NCBI GenBank assembly: GCA_964358005.1
Contig: CAYHNH010000002.1
Span: forward strand, 18,596-82,595
Direction of reading: 5' to 3'
Origin: an uncultured Candidatus Saccharibacteria bacterium
GTDB lineage: Bacteria; Patescibacteriota; Minisyncoccia; Phycocordibacterales; PALSA-1337
DNA: 64,000 nucleotides
Made by a program: the position numbers and the translations under genes. Positions 1-8,296 of the stretch are shown here, in pieces. The stretch's first letter is position 1; each line of letters begins with the position of its first letter. The notes under the pieces were generated by a model that was not told the DNA's origin, did not search any database, and saw only the letters and a list, made by a program, of their open reading frames with translations.

Positions 1-183
1 TATCGATATATTTTGTGGGTAATGACCTGGCTACAGCATACTCAAAAGAATTCTGCGGAGGCCCTCATATAAAGAACACTGCGGAACTGGCTGGGCCAGA
101 GGGAAAGCTCCGCTTCAGGATAGCCAAGGAAGAGGCAGTCTCCCAGGGAGTGCGCCGGATAAAAGCCGTGTTAGAATAGTCGC

Positions 184-1293
184 ATGTTCTTCTTTGGCGA
201 CTCCAAGCCCAAGCTAAGCCTACTGTTAGAGATACAGAGCTCCCTTGTGAGAGGAACGTTGGCTCTATACGAGGATGGGAGGTTGAAGGAGGTTCTCTAC
301 AGCCTCGACATCGATATCCCATACATCCCACATGCCACTAGCGCATATTATGTTAAAACAGCGCTGCGCAATCTAACAGAAGCCATAGAGACAGCGCTCA
401 AGCACCTGCATCTCATATCGGAAGCGCGGCCGGAGCTCCGTATCCCGAAAAGGCCTGATGATGTCCACTTTGTGATGTCATCGCCATGGATAATATCCCA
501 GCCTAGGAACGTGGTCGTCCCATTCGGTAGGAAAACCGCAATAACGGAGGATAGAATAAAGAAAATCCTAGATGAGGAGCGAATGAAGATGGATTTCGGA
601 CAGAAGCTCAAGGTCGAGACCATAGAAGAAAAGATCTTCGAGGTACGTCTGAACGGATATGCTATAGGAGACTGGCACGGCAAGGAATCCGACAGCCTCG
701 AAGTCTCATATGCTCTATCTGCCGGAAGCTCTGATACTATAGACAAGCTACGAGACATTGCCATCCACTCAACCGGGACGAGGAAGGTATTATTCCACTC
801 AGCCCTCATACTCCACTATATGAGGCTTAGAAATCTGCCTTTGACTCCCCATTCCTACGCGCTCATATATATCCACGGCGAGCAGACTGACGTCATGATA
901 GTGGAGCGACAGCTCTGTTCGTTCTTCGGGTCATTCCCAGTGGGGGTAAATTCTGTGATACGGCGTATCACAGCTGCAGCCCACATCGACCGTCGATCGG
1001 CCGAATCCCTGCTGGCGCTGCATATCGGCGAACATATCGACAAGGAGCATGACAAAACGACTGATGCCCTCATGGCCACCGCATCTTTATATTGGAGAGA
1101 CGGTTTACGCAAGATCCTCGGACCAACCGATCCGGAAAGCAGGATGCCGGACAATGTATTCATGGCCTCCGGAACTCATGACGAATTCTTCACAAGGAGC
1201 CTCCTGTCATTTAAGTCGGACTGCCGGCTGCTACCACTGCCTGCTAGAGCAGAGAATGCATATGCACAGGCTATTAACAATGCTCCAAGGTAG
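184..1293 (+). CDS. hypothetical protein, possible actin-like ATPase fold (FtsA/PilM-like)
   Basis: 369-aa ORF. Two segments resemble the phosphate loops of actin-fold ATPases (LLLEIQSSLVRGTLA; ALIYIHGEQTDVMIVE). A TAGAAT -10 hexamer sits at 172-177, 6 nt before the ATG. Confidence 0.45.
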   Translation: MFFFGDSKPKLSLLLEIQSSLVRGTLALYEDGRLKEVLYSLDIDIPYIPHATSAYYVKTALRNLTEAIETALKHLHLISEARPELRIPKRPDDVHFVMSSPWIISQPRNVVVPFGRKTAITEDRIKKILDEERMKMDFGQKLKVETIEEKIFEVRLNGYAIGDWHGKESDSLEVSYALSAGSSDTIDKLRDIAIHSTGTRKVLFHSALILHYMRLRNLPLTPHSYALIYIHGEQTDVMIVERQLCSFFGSFPVGVNSVIRRITAAAHIDRRSAESLLALHIGEHIDKEHDKTTDALMATASLYWRDGLRKILGPTDPESRMPDNVFMASGTHDEFFTRSLLSFKSDCRLLPLPARAENAYAQAINNAPR

Positions 1294-1319
1294 CCGGTCT
1301 GTGTTATCATACAAGAAAT

Positions 1320-2720
1320 ATGCCTCGTAGAGTTGAAGACATAATCAGGACAGACCGGAGATCCATAAGAAACGTATCTGTCAAAGAATCTGAAAAGATA
1401 CCGGAGAAAAAGCCGGCCGCCAGAGTGCGCCCGGCATCCAAGCCGGATATAGAGGACATGAGTCCCGTGAGAAAAACAAGGACATCATCGGCTATCCGGC
1501 TACCCAAGATAGTTCAGGAACCGCCTATCGGCCGGACAGGCCGGAAGGGCAGAGGCGGGCGCCGGCTGTGGCTACTCATAGTAATCGGCGTGGTCGCAGT
1601 GGTCGGATTTACCGCATTTATCGCATCTTCTTATTTTTCACGCGCGACCTTTTCGATCGTACCTGTGACATTTCCGGTGAGCGTCAATAATGTGACGATT
1701 GTGGCAACAGGAACTTCCACGCCCGGATACATCCGCTACGACGTCGCAAGATACAACGGCACCGCCTCAACGAGCATACCCGCATCTGATGGGCCGATCA
1801 TATCCACGAAATCCACTGGGACGGTGACCTTGTACAACTACTTTGCGACCGAAGGGCAGAGACTCATAGCCGGCACACGCCTTTCTAATGACAACGGCAT
1901 GATATACAGGCTCACAAGCTCCATCTTCATACCTGGATACAAAGCTTCCGGGGGATCGATAATCCCGGGCACCATCCGGACGACAGTGGTGGCAGAGAGC
2001 GCGGGAGCGCAGTATGACCTGGGCAGGAATGAAGGTAGCGGCACGTTGAAGGTCGTCGCCTATAAAGGCGCTCCACGCTATGATTCTATATATGCTAAGG
2101 CCTATAGCGACATAGCAGGGGGCTTCTCCGGAACCAAGAAAACCGTGGATAAATCGCTCCTAGCTTCCACGACAGAGAATCTCCAGAAAGCCCTACAGAA
2201 GACGCTCGAGAGCCAGGCTCTCGCTAACGTCCCTCCAGGCTCTGTGACATACAACACTGCCTATACGATATCCTTCAGCCAACCCAAAATAGGCGGCGAA
2301 GCCGCAAAGAGCGCTACTGTCACCCTGACTGCTACACTCTACAGCGTCTTGTTCAAGAAATCAGAGCTGGTAGCCAAACTTGCCGGATCACAGAATGTAG
2401 GCCGTTTCGGCAAATGGCCATTTTCAAGCGATGGCTTGGAGAACCTAAAATTCTCCATAACCAATCCGGGAACATTTAAGCCTACCGCAGGAAACGCTCT
2501 GATCGCCCGCCTGAATGGAAATATGCAGCTCCGAGGAATAGTCCCGACTGACGAGCTCAGGCAAAAACTGGCAGGCCTATCTTTGGCTCAAACCCGTGCT
2601 GTCTTCGGTTCATATAGTTCCGTCATCGACATAAGCAAGAGCCTCGGGGAGCTATTCCCGTCATGGGCTTCCTCCGTGCCCAAAGACGAAAATAGGATCA
2701 CCGTGGTCGTAAAAGACTAA
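1320..2720 (+). CDS. hypothetical membrane-anchored protein (basic N-terminus, one TM helix, large extracytoplasmic domain)
   Basis: 466-aa ORF with the TM segment LWLLIVIGVVAVVGFTAFIASSYF. It follows the previous gene by 26 nt. Confidence 0.5.
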   Translation: MPRRVEDIIRTDRRSIRNVSVKESEKIPEKKPAARVRPASKPDIEDMSPVRKTRTSSAIRLPKIVQEPPIGRTGRKGRGGRRLWLLIVIGVVAVVGFTAFIASSYFSRATFSIVPVTFPVSVNNVTIVATGTSTPGYIRYDVARYNGTASTSIPASDGPIISTKSTGTVTLYNYFATEGQRLIAGTRLSNDNGMIYRLTSSIFIPGYKASGGSIIPGTIRTTVVAESAGAQYDLGRNEGSGTLKVVAYKGAPRYDSIYAKAYSDIAGGFSGTKKTVDKSLLASTTENLQKALQKTLESQALANVPPGSVTYNTAYTISFSQPKIGGEAAKSATVTLTATLYSVLFKKSELVAKLAGSQNVGRFGKWPFSSDGLENLKFSITNPGTFKPTAGNALIARLNGNMQLRGIVPTDELRQKLAGLSLAQTRAVFGSYSSVIDISKSLGELFPSWASSVPKDENRITVVVKD

Positions 2721-2725
2721 GTTTC

Positions 2726-2754
2726 TTGACTATATTATGGGTCTCTGCTAATAT
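2726..2754 (+). promoter_or_regulatory. sigma70-type promoter (TTGACT, 17-bp spacer, TAATAT) for the infA-rpmJ-rpsM-rpsK-rpsD-rpoA-rplQ cluster
   Basis: The -35 TTGACT lies at 2726-2731 and the -10 TAATAT at 2749-2754, with a 17-nt spacer. The infA ATG at 2775 is 20 nt downstream. Confidence 0.5.
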
Positions 2755-2774
2755 TCGGAAACGCGTTTATACGC

Positions 2775-3002
2775 ATGGATACCGCTCCTCAACCAAAGAA
2801 TACCGCGACCGGAACCGTCGTAGAGGCGTTACCGGACACGCTGTTTCGTGTTTCGATCACAAATGACGGGACTGAAACCATCGTACTGGCCTACTTGGCT
2901 GGAAAGATGAGGATGAACAGGATCCGTGTATTGGTAGGCGACCGGGTAGAGATAATGCAGGATCCATACGGAGGAAGAGCGCGCATCATAAAACGGTTAT
3001 AA
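2775..3002 (+). CDS. infA: translation initiation factor IF-1
   Basis: 75-aa S1-like protein ([49 protein letters not shown]) immediately upstream of rpmJ/rpsM. Confidence 0.9.
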   Translation: MDTAPQPKNTATGTVVEALPDTLFRVSITNDGTETIVLAYLAGKMRMNRIRVLVGDRVEIMQDPYGGRARIIKRL

Positions 3003-3003
3003 A

Positions 3004-3120
3004 ATGAAAGTCAGAGCTGCGGTAAAAAAGATCTGCCCCAAGTGCCAAGTCGTCCGCCGCGGCGGATATGTGTATGTGACGTGCAAATCGAACCCGCGCC
3101 ATAAGCAGCGCCAAGGCTAA
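3004..3120 (+). CDS. rpmJ: 50S ribosomal protein L36
   Basis: Hand translation gives [38 protein letters not shown] (38 aa) with the C-x2-C...C zinc ribbon. It sits in the canonical infA-rpmJ-rpsM position. It is missing from the ORF track because it is shorter than 60 aa. Confidence 0.85.
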   Translation: MKVRAAVKKICPKCQVVRRGGYVYVTCKSNPRHKQRQG

Positions 3121-3151
3121 TCAAAAAAAGGCTTTTTAGTAAACATCCATC

Positions 3152-3532
3152 ATGCGTATTTTAGGTATTACACTCCCCGAGAGTAAAAGGATTGAGATAG
3201 CACTGACCGCCATTTATGGTATAGGAAGGTCACGGGCTCTGAGCATTCTCGAGCAATCGAAAGTCGATCCAGCCACCAAGGCCAAGGATATATCCGTAGA
3301 CCAGGAGAATGCGCTCCGCAAGCTTATCGAGGGCTTCAGGATAGAGGGTGACCTCAAGCGCGAGGTCGGCGCCAACGTCAAGCGCCTGAAGGACATCAAG
3401 GCCTATCGCGGTTTGCGCCATGCAAGACATCTCCCGACTCGCGGCCAGCGGACGAAGACCAACTGTCGCACTGTCCGAGGAAACGTGAGAAAGACCATGG
3501 GATCGGGCCGCCGTAAGGAAGAGAAGACATAA
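3152..3532 (+). CDS. rpsM: 30S ribosomal protein S13
   Basis: 126 aa (MRILGITLPESKRIEIALTAIYGIGRSRA...) in conserved gene order. Confidence 0.92.
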   Translation: MRILGITLPESKRIEIALTAIYGIGRSRALSILEQSKVDPATKAKDISVDQENALRKLIEGFRIEGDLKREVGANVKRLKDIKAYRGLRHARHLPTRGQRTKTNCRTVRGNVRKTMGSGRRKEEKT

Positions 3533-3537
3533 AATAT

Positions 3538-3963
3538 ATGGGTAAAAAAAGGATAGTCACAACTGAAGGAGGGGCAGAGGCAAAGCCAAAGGCTGCCGGA
3601 GCTGGAAGCAAAAAGCATGTAGATGCTGGCATTTTGCACGTGCAGTCTACCTACAACAACACCAAGGTCATGCTCACCGACAAGCAGGGCAACGCCCTTA
3701 TGTGGGGATCATCTGGTGGTGCAGGCTTTCGAGGCGCAAAGAAGGGCACTCCATTCGCAGCCGCCAAGGTCGGCGAAACTCTGGCGCTCAAGGCAGTCAA
3801 TCTCGGACTTAAGGAGATCGACGTCGTCGTCAAGGGAGTCGGTTCCGGCCGTGAGTCAGCCATACGTGGTTTTATCAGCAAGGGCGTCGTCATCACTTCC
3901 ATCAAGGATGCGACGCCTGTTCCTTTTAATGGCCCGCAACCTAAGAAGCCACGACGCGTCTAA
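3538..3963 (+). CDS. rpsK: 30S ribosomal protein S11
   Basis: 141 aa (HVQSTYNNTKVMLTDKQGNAL...GSGRESAIRG). Confidence 0.92.
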   Translation: MGKKRIVTTEGGAEAKPKAAGAGSKKHVDAGILHVQSTYNNTKVMLTDKQGNALMWGSSGGAGFRGAKKGTPFAAAKVGETLALKAVNLGLKEIDVVVKGVGSGRESAIRGFISKGVVITSIKDATPVPFNGPQPKKPRRV

Positions 3964-3972
3964 TATACATAT

Positions 3973-4578
3973 ATGCAAATCGGCCCACGCTACAAAAAAG
4001 CTCGCTATCTAGGTGCTCCTATATTCAGGAAGACCCAGACGCAGAAATACGCTATGCGATCTCAGCGCAAGGTCAAGACCACCAAGCGCCGTGGCGGCAA
4101 GAGCGAATACGGCCGTCAGATGCTAGAGAAACAGAAGGCCCGTTTCAGCTATGGAGTCTCGGGAGGACAGTTCTCAAATTACGTCAAGAAGGCCCTGCAG
4201 GCTTCAGGCGATAACGCCAAGAACCTGATCAGCATTCTCGAGGGCCGCCTCGATAATGTGATAGTTCGCGCAGGCTTTGCGCCGACGCGTTCGGCTGCTC
4301 GCCAGATGGTCTCTCACGGCCATATCACGGTCGGTGGAAAGAAGGTGAACATCCCGTCATATCAGGTAAGGACTGGCGAGGTGCTGTCAGTCCGCTCCGG
4401 CAGTGTCGGCAAGGCGATCTTCTCGAAGGTCAGCGAGGATGTGAAGGCCACCAAAGTGCCGACATGGATGAGCGTGGATGCCGACAAGAAAGAGATACGC
4501 ATATCGGGTGAGCCGACAGCGGATGCGACAGATCTTTTGTTCGATGTCCGTTCGGTCTTGGAGTTCTACACCCGCTAG
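3973..4578 (+). CDS. rpsD: 30S ribosomal protein S4
   Basis: 201 aa with the S4 N-terminal domain and an S4 RNA-binding domain (LDNVIVRAGFAPTRSAARQMVSHGHITVGGKKVNIPSYQV). Confidence 0.92.
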   Translation: MQIGPRYKKARYLGAPIFRKTQTQKYAMRSQRKVKTTKRRGGKSEYGRQMLEKQKARFSYGVSGGQFSNYVKKALQASGDNAKNLISILEGRLDNVIVRAGFAPTRSAARQMVSHGHITVGGKKVNIPSYQVRTGEVLSVRSGSVGKAIFSKVSEDVKATKVPTWMSVDADKKEIRISGEPTADATDLLFDVRSVLEFYTR

Positions 4579-4603
4579 AGCACTAGACAGTATGTTTTTT
4601 TAA

Positions 4604-4611
4604 TGTATAAT
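4604..4611 (+). promoter_or_regulatory. possible internal extended -10 promoter (TGTATAAT) ahead of rpoA
   Basis: TGTATAAT lies in the 59-nt spacer between rpsD and rpoA. Confidence 0.3.
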
Positions 4612-4637
4612 TATTCCTTCATTTAACTAATAATCAC

Positions 4638-5618
4638 ATGACTCACGACATCGTTGTCCCATCGAAGCCGAAGATAGTCCGAGAGGATGCGGTAAGCGGC
4701 GTATATGAGATAGATGGCCTCTATCCAGGTTATGGCCATACACTAGGCAATTCTCTGCGCCGCATCATCCTCTCTTCGCTCCCAGGGGCAGCGGTTACTC
4801 GCGTCAAGATATCAGGAGTCGAACATGAATTCTCGACCATAAATGGCGTCAAGGAAGATGTCATCACCATCATACTCAGCCTAAAGAAGCTGCGCATACG
4901 CCTTACTGGCGACGAGCCGGTCACCCTGACACTCAAGGGCAAGGGGGCTATGGAACTCACTGCCAAGGACATAGATGCTCCTGGGCAAGCTGAGATACTC
5001 AATCCTGACCTGTACATAGCTACGCTTTCGGACAAGTCAGCAGATCTGAACATTGAGATGACCGTCGAAAAGGGCTTGGGATACGTATCGAAGGAGAACC
5101 TCCAGAAGGAGCGCGTAGAGATTGGCGTCATCACCCTGGATGCGGCGTTTACACCTATCCGCAAGGCCAACTACGAAGTCGAGAATATGCGCGTCGGTGA
5201 TAGGACAGATTTCAACCGCCTCCGTCTATCGATTGAGACAGATGGGACAATAACCCCACACGAGGCTCTCGAGAATTCTATAGTGCTCATGATCAACCAG
5301 CTCAAGGCCGTCGTAGGTTTCGTAGAGAAGGAAGAGCCGAAACCGGAGGTCAAAGCCGATGAATCAGCCGATAGGAACGCTGGAGCAGAGGGCCGACTCC
5401 CGAAGGAAGTAGATACGGAGCTCCTGAAGACCCGCGTCGATGCTCTCGACCTGTCTTCGAGAACTGTGAAGGCTTTGACGAATGCCAATATCCGCACGCT
5501 GGGGGGTATGGCCCGCAAGAAGGAGTCGGACATCATGGACATAGACGGCTTGGGCGCCAAGGGCATGCAGGAGATAAAGAAGCTCCTCGCCCAGCACGGC
5601 ATTATCCTGAAACAATAG
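4638..5618 (+). CDS. rpoA: DNA-directed RNA polymerase subunit alpha
   Basis: 326 aa with alpha N-terminal and C-terminal domains (GHTLGNSLRRIILSSLPGAAV...; C-terminal HhH region LDLSSRTVKALTNANIRTLG). Confidence 0.93.
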   Translation: MTHDIVVPSKPKIVREDAVSGVYEIDGLYPGYGHTLGNSLRRIILSSLPGAAVTRVKISGVEHEFSTINGVKEDVITIILSLKKLRIRLTGDEPVTLTLKGKGAMELTAKDIDAPGQAEILNPDLYIATLSDKSADLNIEMTVEKGLGYVSKENLQKERVEIGVITLDAAFTPIRKANYEVENMRVGDRTDFNRLRLSIETDGTITPHEALENSIVLMINQLKAVVGFVEKEEPKPEVKADESADRNAGAEGRLPKEVDTELLKTRVDALDLSSRTVKALTNANIRTLGGMARKKESDIMDIDGLGAKGMQEIKKLLAQHGIILKQ

Positions 5619-5624
5619 ACTTAT

Positions 5625-5975
5625 ATGAGGCACCATTCCAACGTACGAAAATTCGGTCGCGAGAAGACACAGAGGCACGCCCTCATGCGTTCTCTGGCCC
5701 GCAACCTTATCCGCGACAACAGGATCAGGACCACCGGCGCCAAGGCCAAGGAATTGCGCCCGTACGTAGAGAAGCTGGTGACTCGCGCAAAGATCGGCAC
5801 GATCGCCTCCAGGCGTTTGGTGAGCTCGAGGCTCATGGGCGACCCTGAGGTCAAGAAGCTTTTTGACGAGATCGCTCCTAAGTACAAGGAGAGGAAGGGC
5901 GGCTACACCAGGATAGTCAAGCTCCCGAACCGCGATCTGGACGGCAGCTCGATGGCCCTCATCGAATTTGTATAA
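5625..5975 (+). CDS. rplQ: 50S ribosomal protein L17
   Basis: 116 aa (MRHHSNVRKFGREKTQRHALMRSLARNLI...). Confidence 0.92.
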   Translation: MRHHSNVRKFGREKTQRHALMRSLARNLIRDNRIRTTGAKAKELRPYVEKLVTRAKIGTIASRRLVSSRLMGDPEVKKLFDEIAPKYKERKGGYTRIVKLPNRDLDGSSMALIEFV

Positions 5976-5982
5976 TACGAAC

Positions 5983-6327
5983 ATGAAATACACCATTGAC
6001 GCACAAGGTAAGAAGATCGGACGCATAGCCTCGGCGGCTGCGGCACGCCTCATGGGCAAGTCCAGCGTCTCCTTCGCTAAGAATAAAGTGCATGCCGAGG
6101 TCGTAGAGATAGTGAACGCCTCGAAAACCGACATGAGCGCGGTGAAGAAGCAGAACGACACTTACGTCACCTATACTGGCCACCGTGGAGGCCTCGAGAG
6201 CGAGACCCTAGGTGAGCTCATCATCCGCCGCGGCATGAAGGAGGTCTATACCCGCGCCATAGAGCGCATGCTCCCGAGGAATAAGCTGCGCAAAGACCGT
6301 ATGAAGAACCTTATCATCAAAGACTAA
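5983..6327 (+). CDS. rplM: 50S ribosomal protein L13
   Basis: L13 family (GKKIGRIASAAAARLMGK...HTGHRGG). The ATG at 5983 is preferred over the track's TTG at 5968. A TATAAT at 5971-5976 lies 6 nt upstream of that ATG. Confidence 0.88.
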   Translation: MKYTIDAQGKKIGRIASAAAARLMGKSSVSFAKNKVHAEVVEIVNASKTDMSAVKKQNDTYVTYTGHRGGLESETLGELIIRRGMKEVYTRAIERMLPRNKLRKDRMKNLIIKD

Positions 6328-6328
6328 T

Positions 6329-6739
6329 ATGACAGCCACAAAACACACCGGAAAATATTTCGAGGCAGTAGGGCGCAGGAAGACTTCGGTCGCTCGCGTG
6401 CGCCTTTTCCCGGCCAAGGAGCTTTCTTTCGAGGTGAACGGCAAGGAGCTCGCGGTATATTTCCCGACTCGAGAGATGCAGGCTACAGCACATGAGGCGA
6501 TCAAGAATGCCAAGCCGGCTGAAAAGTTCTTCATCTCCGCAAAGCTCTCCGGAGGCGGCATCGTCTCCCAGTCTGAAGCCCTCCGTCACGGCATCGCTCG
6601 CGCTCTCCTCGTATACGATATACAGCTTCGCGGCACCCTGAAGAAAGCAGGTTTCCTCTCTCGAGATGCCCGCGCCAAGGAACGCAGAAAGTTCGGTCTG
6701 AAGAAGGCACGTAAGTCTCCGCAGTGGGCAAAACGTTAG
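6329..6739 (+). CDS. rpsI: 30S ribosomal protein S9
   Basis: 136 aa with an S9 C-terminus (GGGIVSQSEALRHGIARALL...ARKSPQWAKR). Confidence 0.92.
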   Translation: MTATKHTGKYFEAVGRRKTSVARVRLFPAKELSFEVNGKELAVYFPTREMQATAHEAIKNAKPAEKFFISAKLSGGGIVSQSEALRHGIARALLVYDIQLRGTLKKAGFLSRDARAKERRKFGLKKARKSPQWAKR

Positions 6740-6748
6740 GATCTAATA

Positions 6749-7306
6749 ATGAAAGAACACAAAAAGGACATCGAAAATAACGATCTCGATGACTCGGTTG
6801 TAGCCGAGGAGAATGCCGCAGAAGCCATAAAGAAGCTGCGCGAAAAGCTCAAGAAATGCGAAGCCGAGAAGATGGAATATCTGACCGGCTGGCAACGCGC
6901 CAAGGCTGACATGATAAATGCTCGCAAACGCGATGAGGCTGAGCGAGCAGAGTTCATCAAATTCTCAAACGAGCGCCTGATCGAGAGCCTCATACCTGTC
7001 CTCGAGAGCTTTGATCTAGCCATGGGCAATAAGGTGGCCTGGGAAAAGGCCGACAAGAACTGGCGTGTTGGGGTCGAGTATATCTATTCACAGCTAAAGA
7101 AGGCTTTGGCTGATTCGGGCCTGGAGGAGATTGACCCTATCGGAAAAGCATTTGACCACAGCCGTGACGAAGCGGCTGAATACGTGCCTGCTGAAAAAGA
7201 GGCAGACCATCATAAGATCATTGCTGTGATTCAAAAGGGGTATGTCCTGAATGGGAAAGCTCTAAGGCCACCGAAGGTGAGAGTGGGGGAGTTTAAGACT
7301 CTTTAA
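6749..7306 (+). CDS. grpE: nucleotide exchange factor GrpE
   Basis: 185 aa with a coiled-coil N-terminus and the GrpE C-terminal domain (ESLIPVLESFDLAM...PIGKAFDHSRDEAAEYVPAEKEADHHKIIAVIQKGYVLNGKALRPPKVRV). Confidence 0.9.
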   Translation: MKEHKKDIENNDLDDSVVAEENAAEAIKKLREKLKKCEAEKMEYLTGWQRAKADMINARKRDEAERAEFIKFSNERLIESLIPVLESFDLAMGNKVAWEKADKNWRVGVEYIYSQLKKALADSGLEEIDPIGKAFDHSRDEAAEYVPAEKEADHHKIIAVIQKGYVLNGKALRPPKVRVGEFKTL

Positions 7307-7574
7307 TCAGGATCTCATCTTTTATACCCAGGTGTTTGCTTATGGTATTAAGTTGGCGTGCCATTAGAACGATATTTTGATCTAAGACGTCTATTTTGTA
7401 GTCGATTCGGTTGAATCTAAGATCCATAGCGTCAAAACGACGATCTACAGCATCAAAGCGCTCATCGATCTTGTCGAATCTATCAAAGACGGACTGAAAG
7501 CTCTGGCCTATGTCGTCCATGCTCGTCTTAAATTCGGTCTTTGTAACGTAGTCTTGCATTTGTATTTGGTACAT
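7293..7574 (-). CDS. small coiled-coil protein (paralog of 44434..44694)
   Basis: 93 aa with heptad-like repeats (RFDKIDERFDAVDRRFDAMDLRFNRIDYKIDVL). It is followed by an AT-rich upstream region that shares a conserved block with the region upstream of the 44434..44694 gene. Confidence 0.55.
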   Translation of the reverse strand: MYQIQMQDYVTKTEFKTSMDDIGQSFQSVFDRFDKIDERFDAVDRRFDAMDLRFNRIDYKIDVLDQNIVLMARQLNTISKHLGIKDEILIKES

Positions 7575-7670
7575 TTTATTCCTATAAAATTAGTAATGCA
7601 ATAGTCTAGCAATATAGTAATGAAGAAACGTTCAAAAAAAGTTCAAATTTTAATGAATTTTTTGAAACCC

Positions 7671-7697
7671 TTGACTACCCAATACGTCTGATATAAT
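7671..7697 (+). promoter_or_regulatory. sigma70-like promoter (TTGACT, 15-nt spacer, TATAAT) ahead of the 7707 ORF and the dnaK locus
   Basis: TTGACT lies at 7671-7676 and TATAAT at 7692-7697. The ATG at 7707 is 9 nt downstream of the -10. Confidence 0.45.
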
Positions 7698-7706
7698 AGG
7701 AAAACA

Positions 7707-8030
7707 ATGCTTACCCCTTATTCACGCTCAAATTTCGTCGAAAAAGTCCTGACCGACCACTCCGGCCGCCAGTTCAGGGCGCTTTTCCTCGTTACGCTCG
7801 TAAATGGGGAAGTGAAGGGTCATCTCCTTTCCCTCAAGCCGATGCCGATGAAGACTCTTGCCATCGAGGGTGCTGTTTCTGATGGCTCTATCTGCCTGCC
7901 TTGCTGGACGACAGACTGCGAGATCGAGACTCCGTATGTCGCCTCATATGCACCAGTCATTTCTCCATACTTTAGCGAGCTCGACATTTTCCTATCTACA
8001 CAACCAACCAGGGCGCCTGCTTTTGCATAA
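7707..8030 (+). CDS. hypothetical protein
   Basis: 107-aa ORF directly downstream of a promoter-like element. No recognisable domain. Confidence 0.4.
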   Translation: MLTPYSRSNFVEKVLTDHSGRQFRALFLVTLVNGEVKGHLLSLKPMPMKTLAIEGAVSDGSICLPCWTTDCEIETPYVASYAPVISPYFSELDIFLSTQPTRAPAFA

Positions 8031-8040
8031 TATCCGCGCC

Positions 8041-8253
8041 ATGCTCATAAAACTCCGGGTCACTACCGGTGCGCGCGCGGAAAAGATCGTCAGGAAGTCA
8101 GACGATCATTTTATCGTCTCTGTAAAAGAAGAAGCGGAGAGGAACATGGCCAACAACCGCATTCTGGAGATCTTTCGAGAGATGCATCCCGACAGGGCAG
8201 TAAAGATCGTTAAAGGGCATCACTCTCCGTCGAAGATATTAGAGATTGTATAG
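8041..8253 (+). CDS. DUF167 (YggU-like) family protein
   Basis: About 70 aa (MLIKLRVTTGARAEKIVRKSDDHFIVSVKEEAERNMANNRILEIFREMHPDRAVKIVKGHHSPSKILEIV) matching the DUF167 pattern. The track's longer 7858 start is probably an upstream extension in the same frame. Confidence 0.55.
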   Translation: MLIKLRVTTGARAEKIVRKSDDHFIVSVKEEAERNMANNRILEIFREMHPDRAVKIVKGHHSPSKILEIV

Positions 8254-8296
8254 TCAGGCACCTTAAAAGTAAATATTAGCGAAATTAACTACTAAC

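Noticed and set aside
5364-6161. Long antisense ORFs inside confirmed genes (for example 5364..6161, 8542..9042, 12623..13270, 14541..15065, 20175..20606, 52828..53265, 60434..61186).
   Set aside because: They are embedded opposite well-supported conserved genes (rpoA/rplQ, dnaK, RND components, ftsW and others) and are low-complexity or Arg/Ser-rich. They are typical GC-rich antisense artefacts.
6740-8296. CIRCE/HrcA operator near grpE/dnaK.
   Set aside because: The inverted repeat TTAGCACTC-N9-GAGTGCTAA, or a close variant, was not found in the grpE or dnaK upstream regions.
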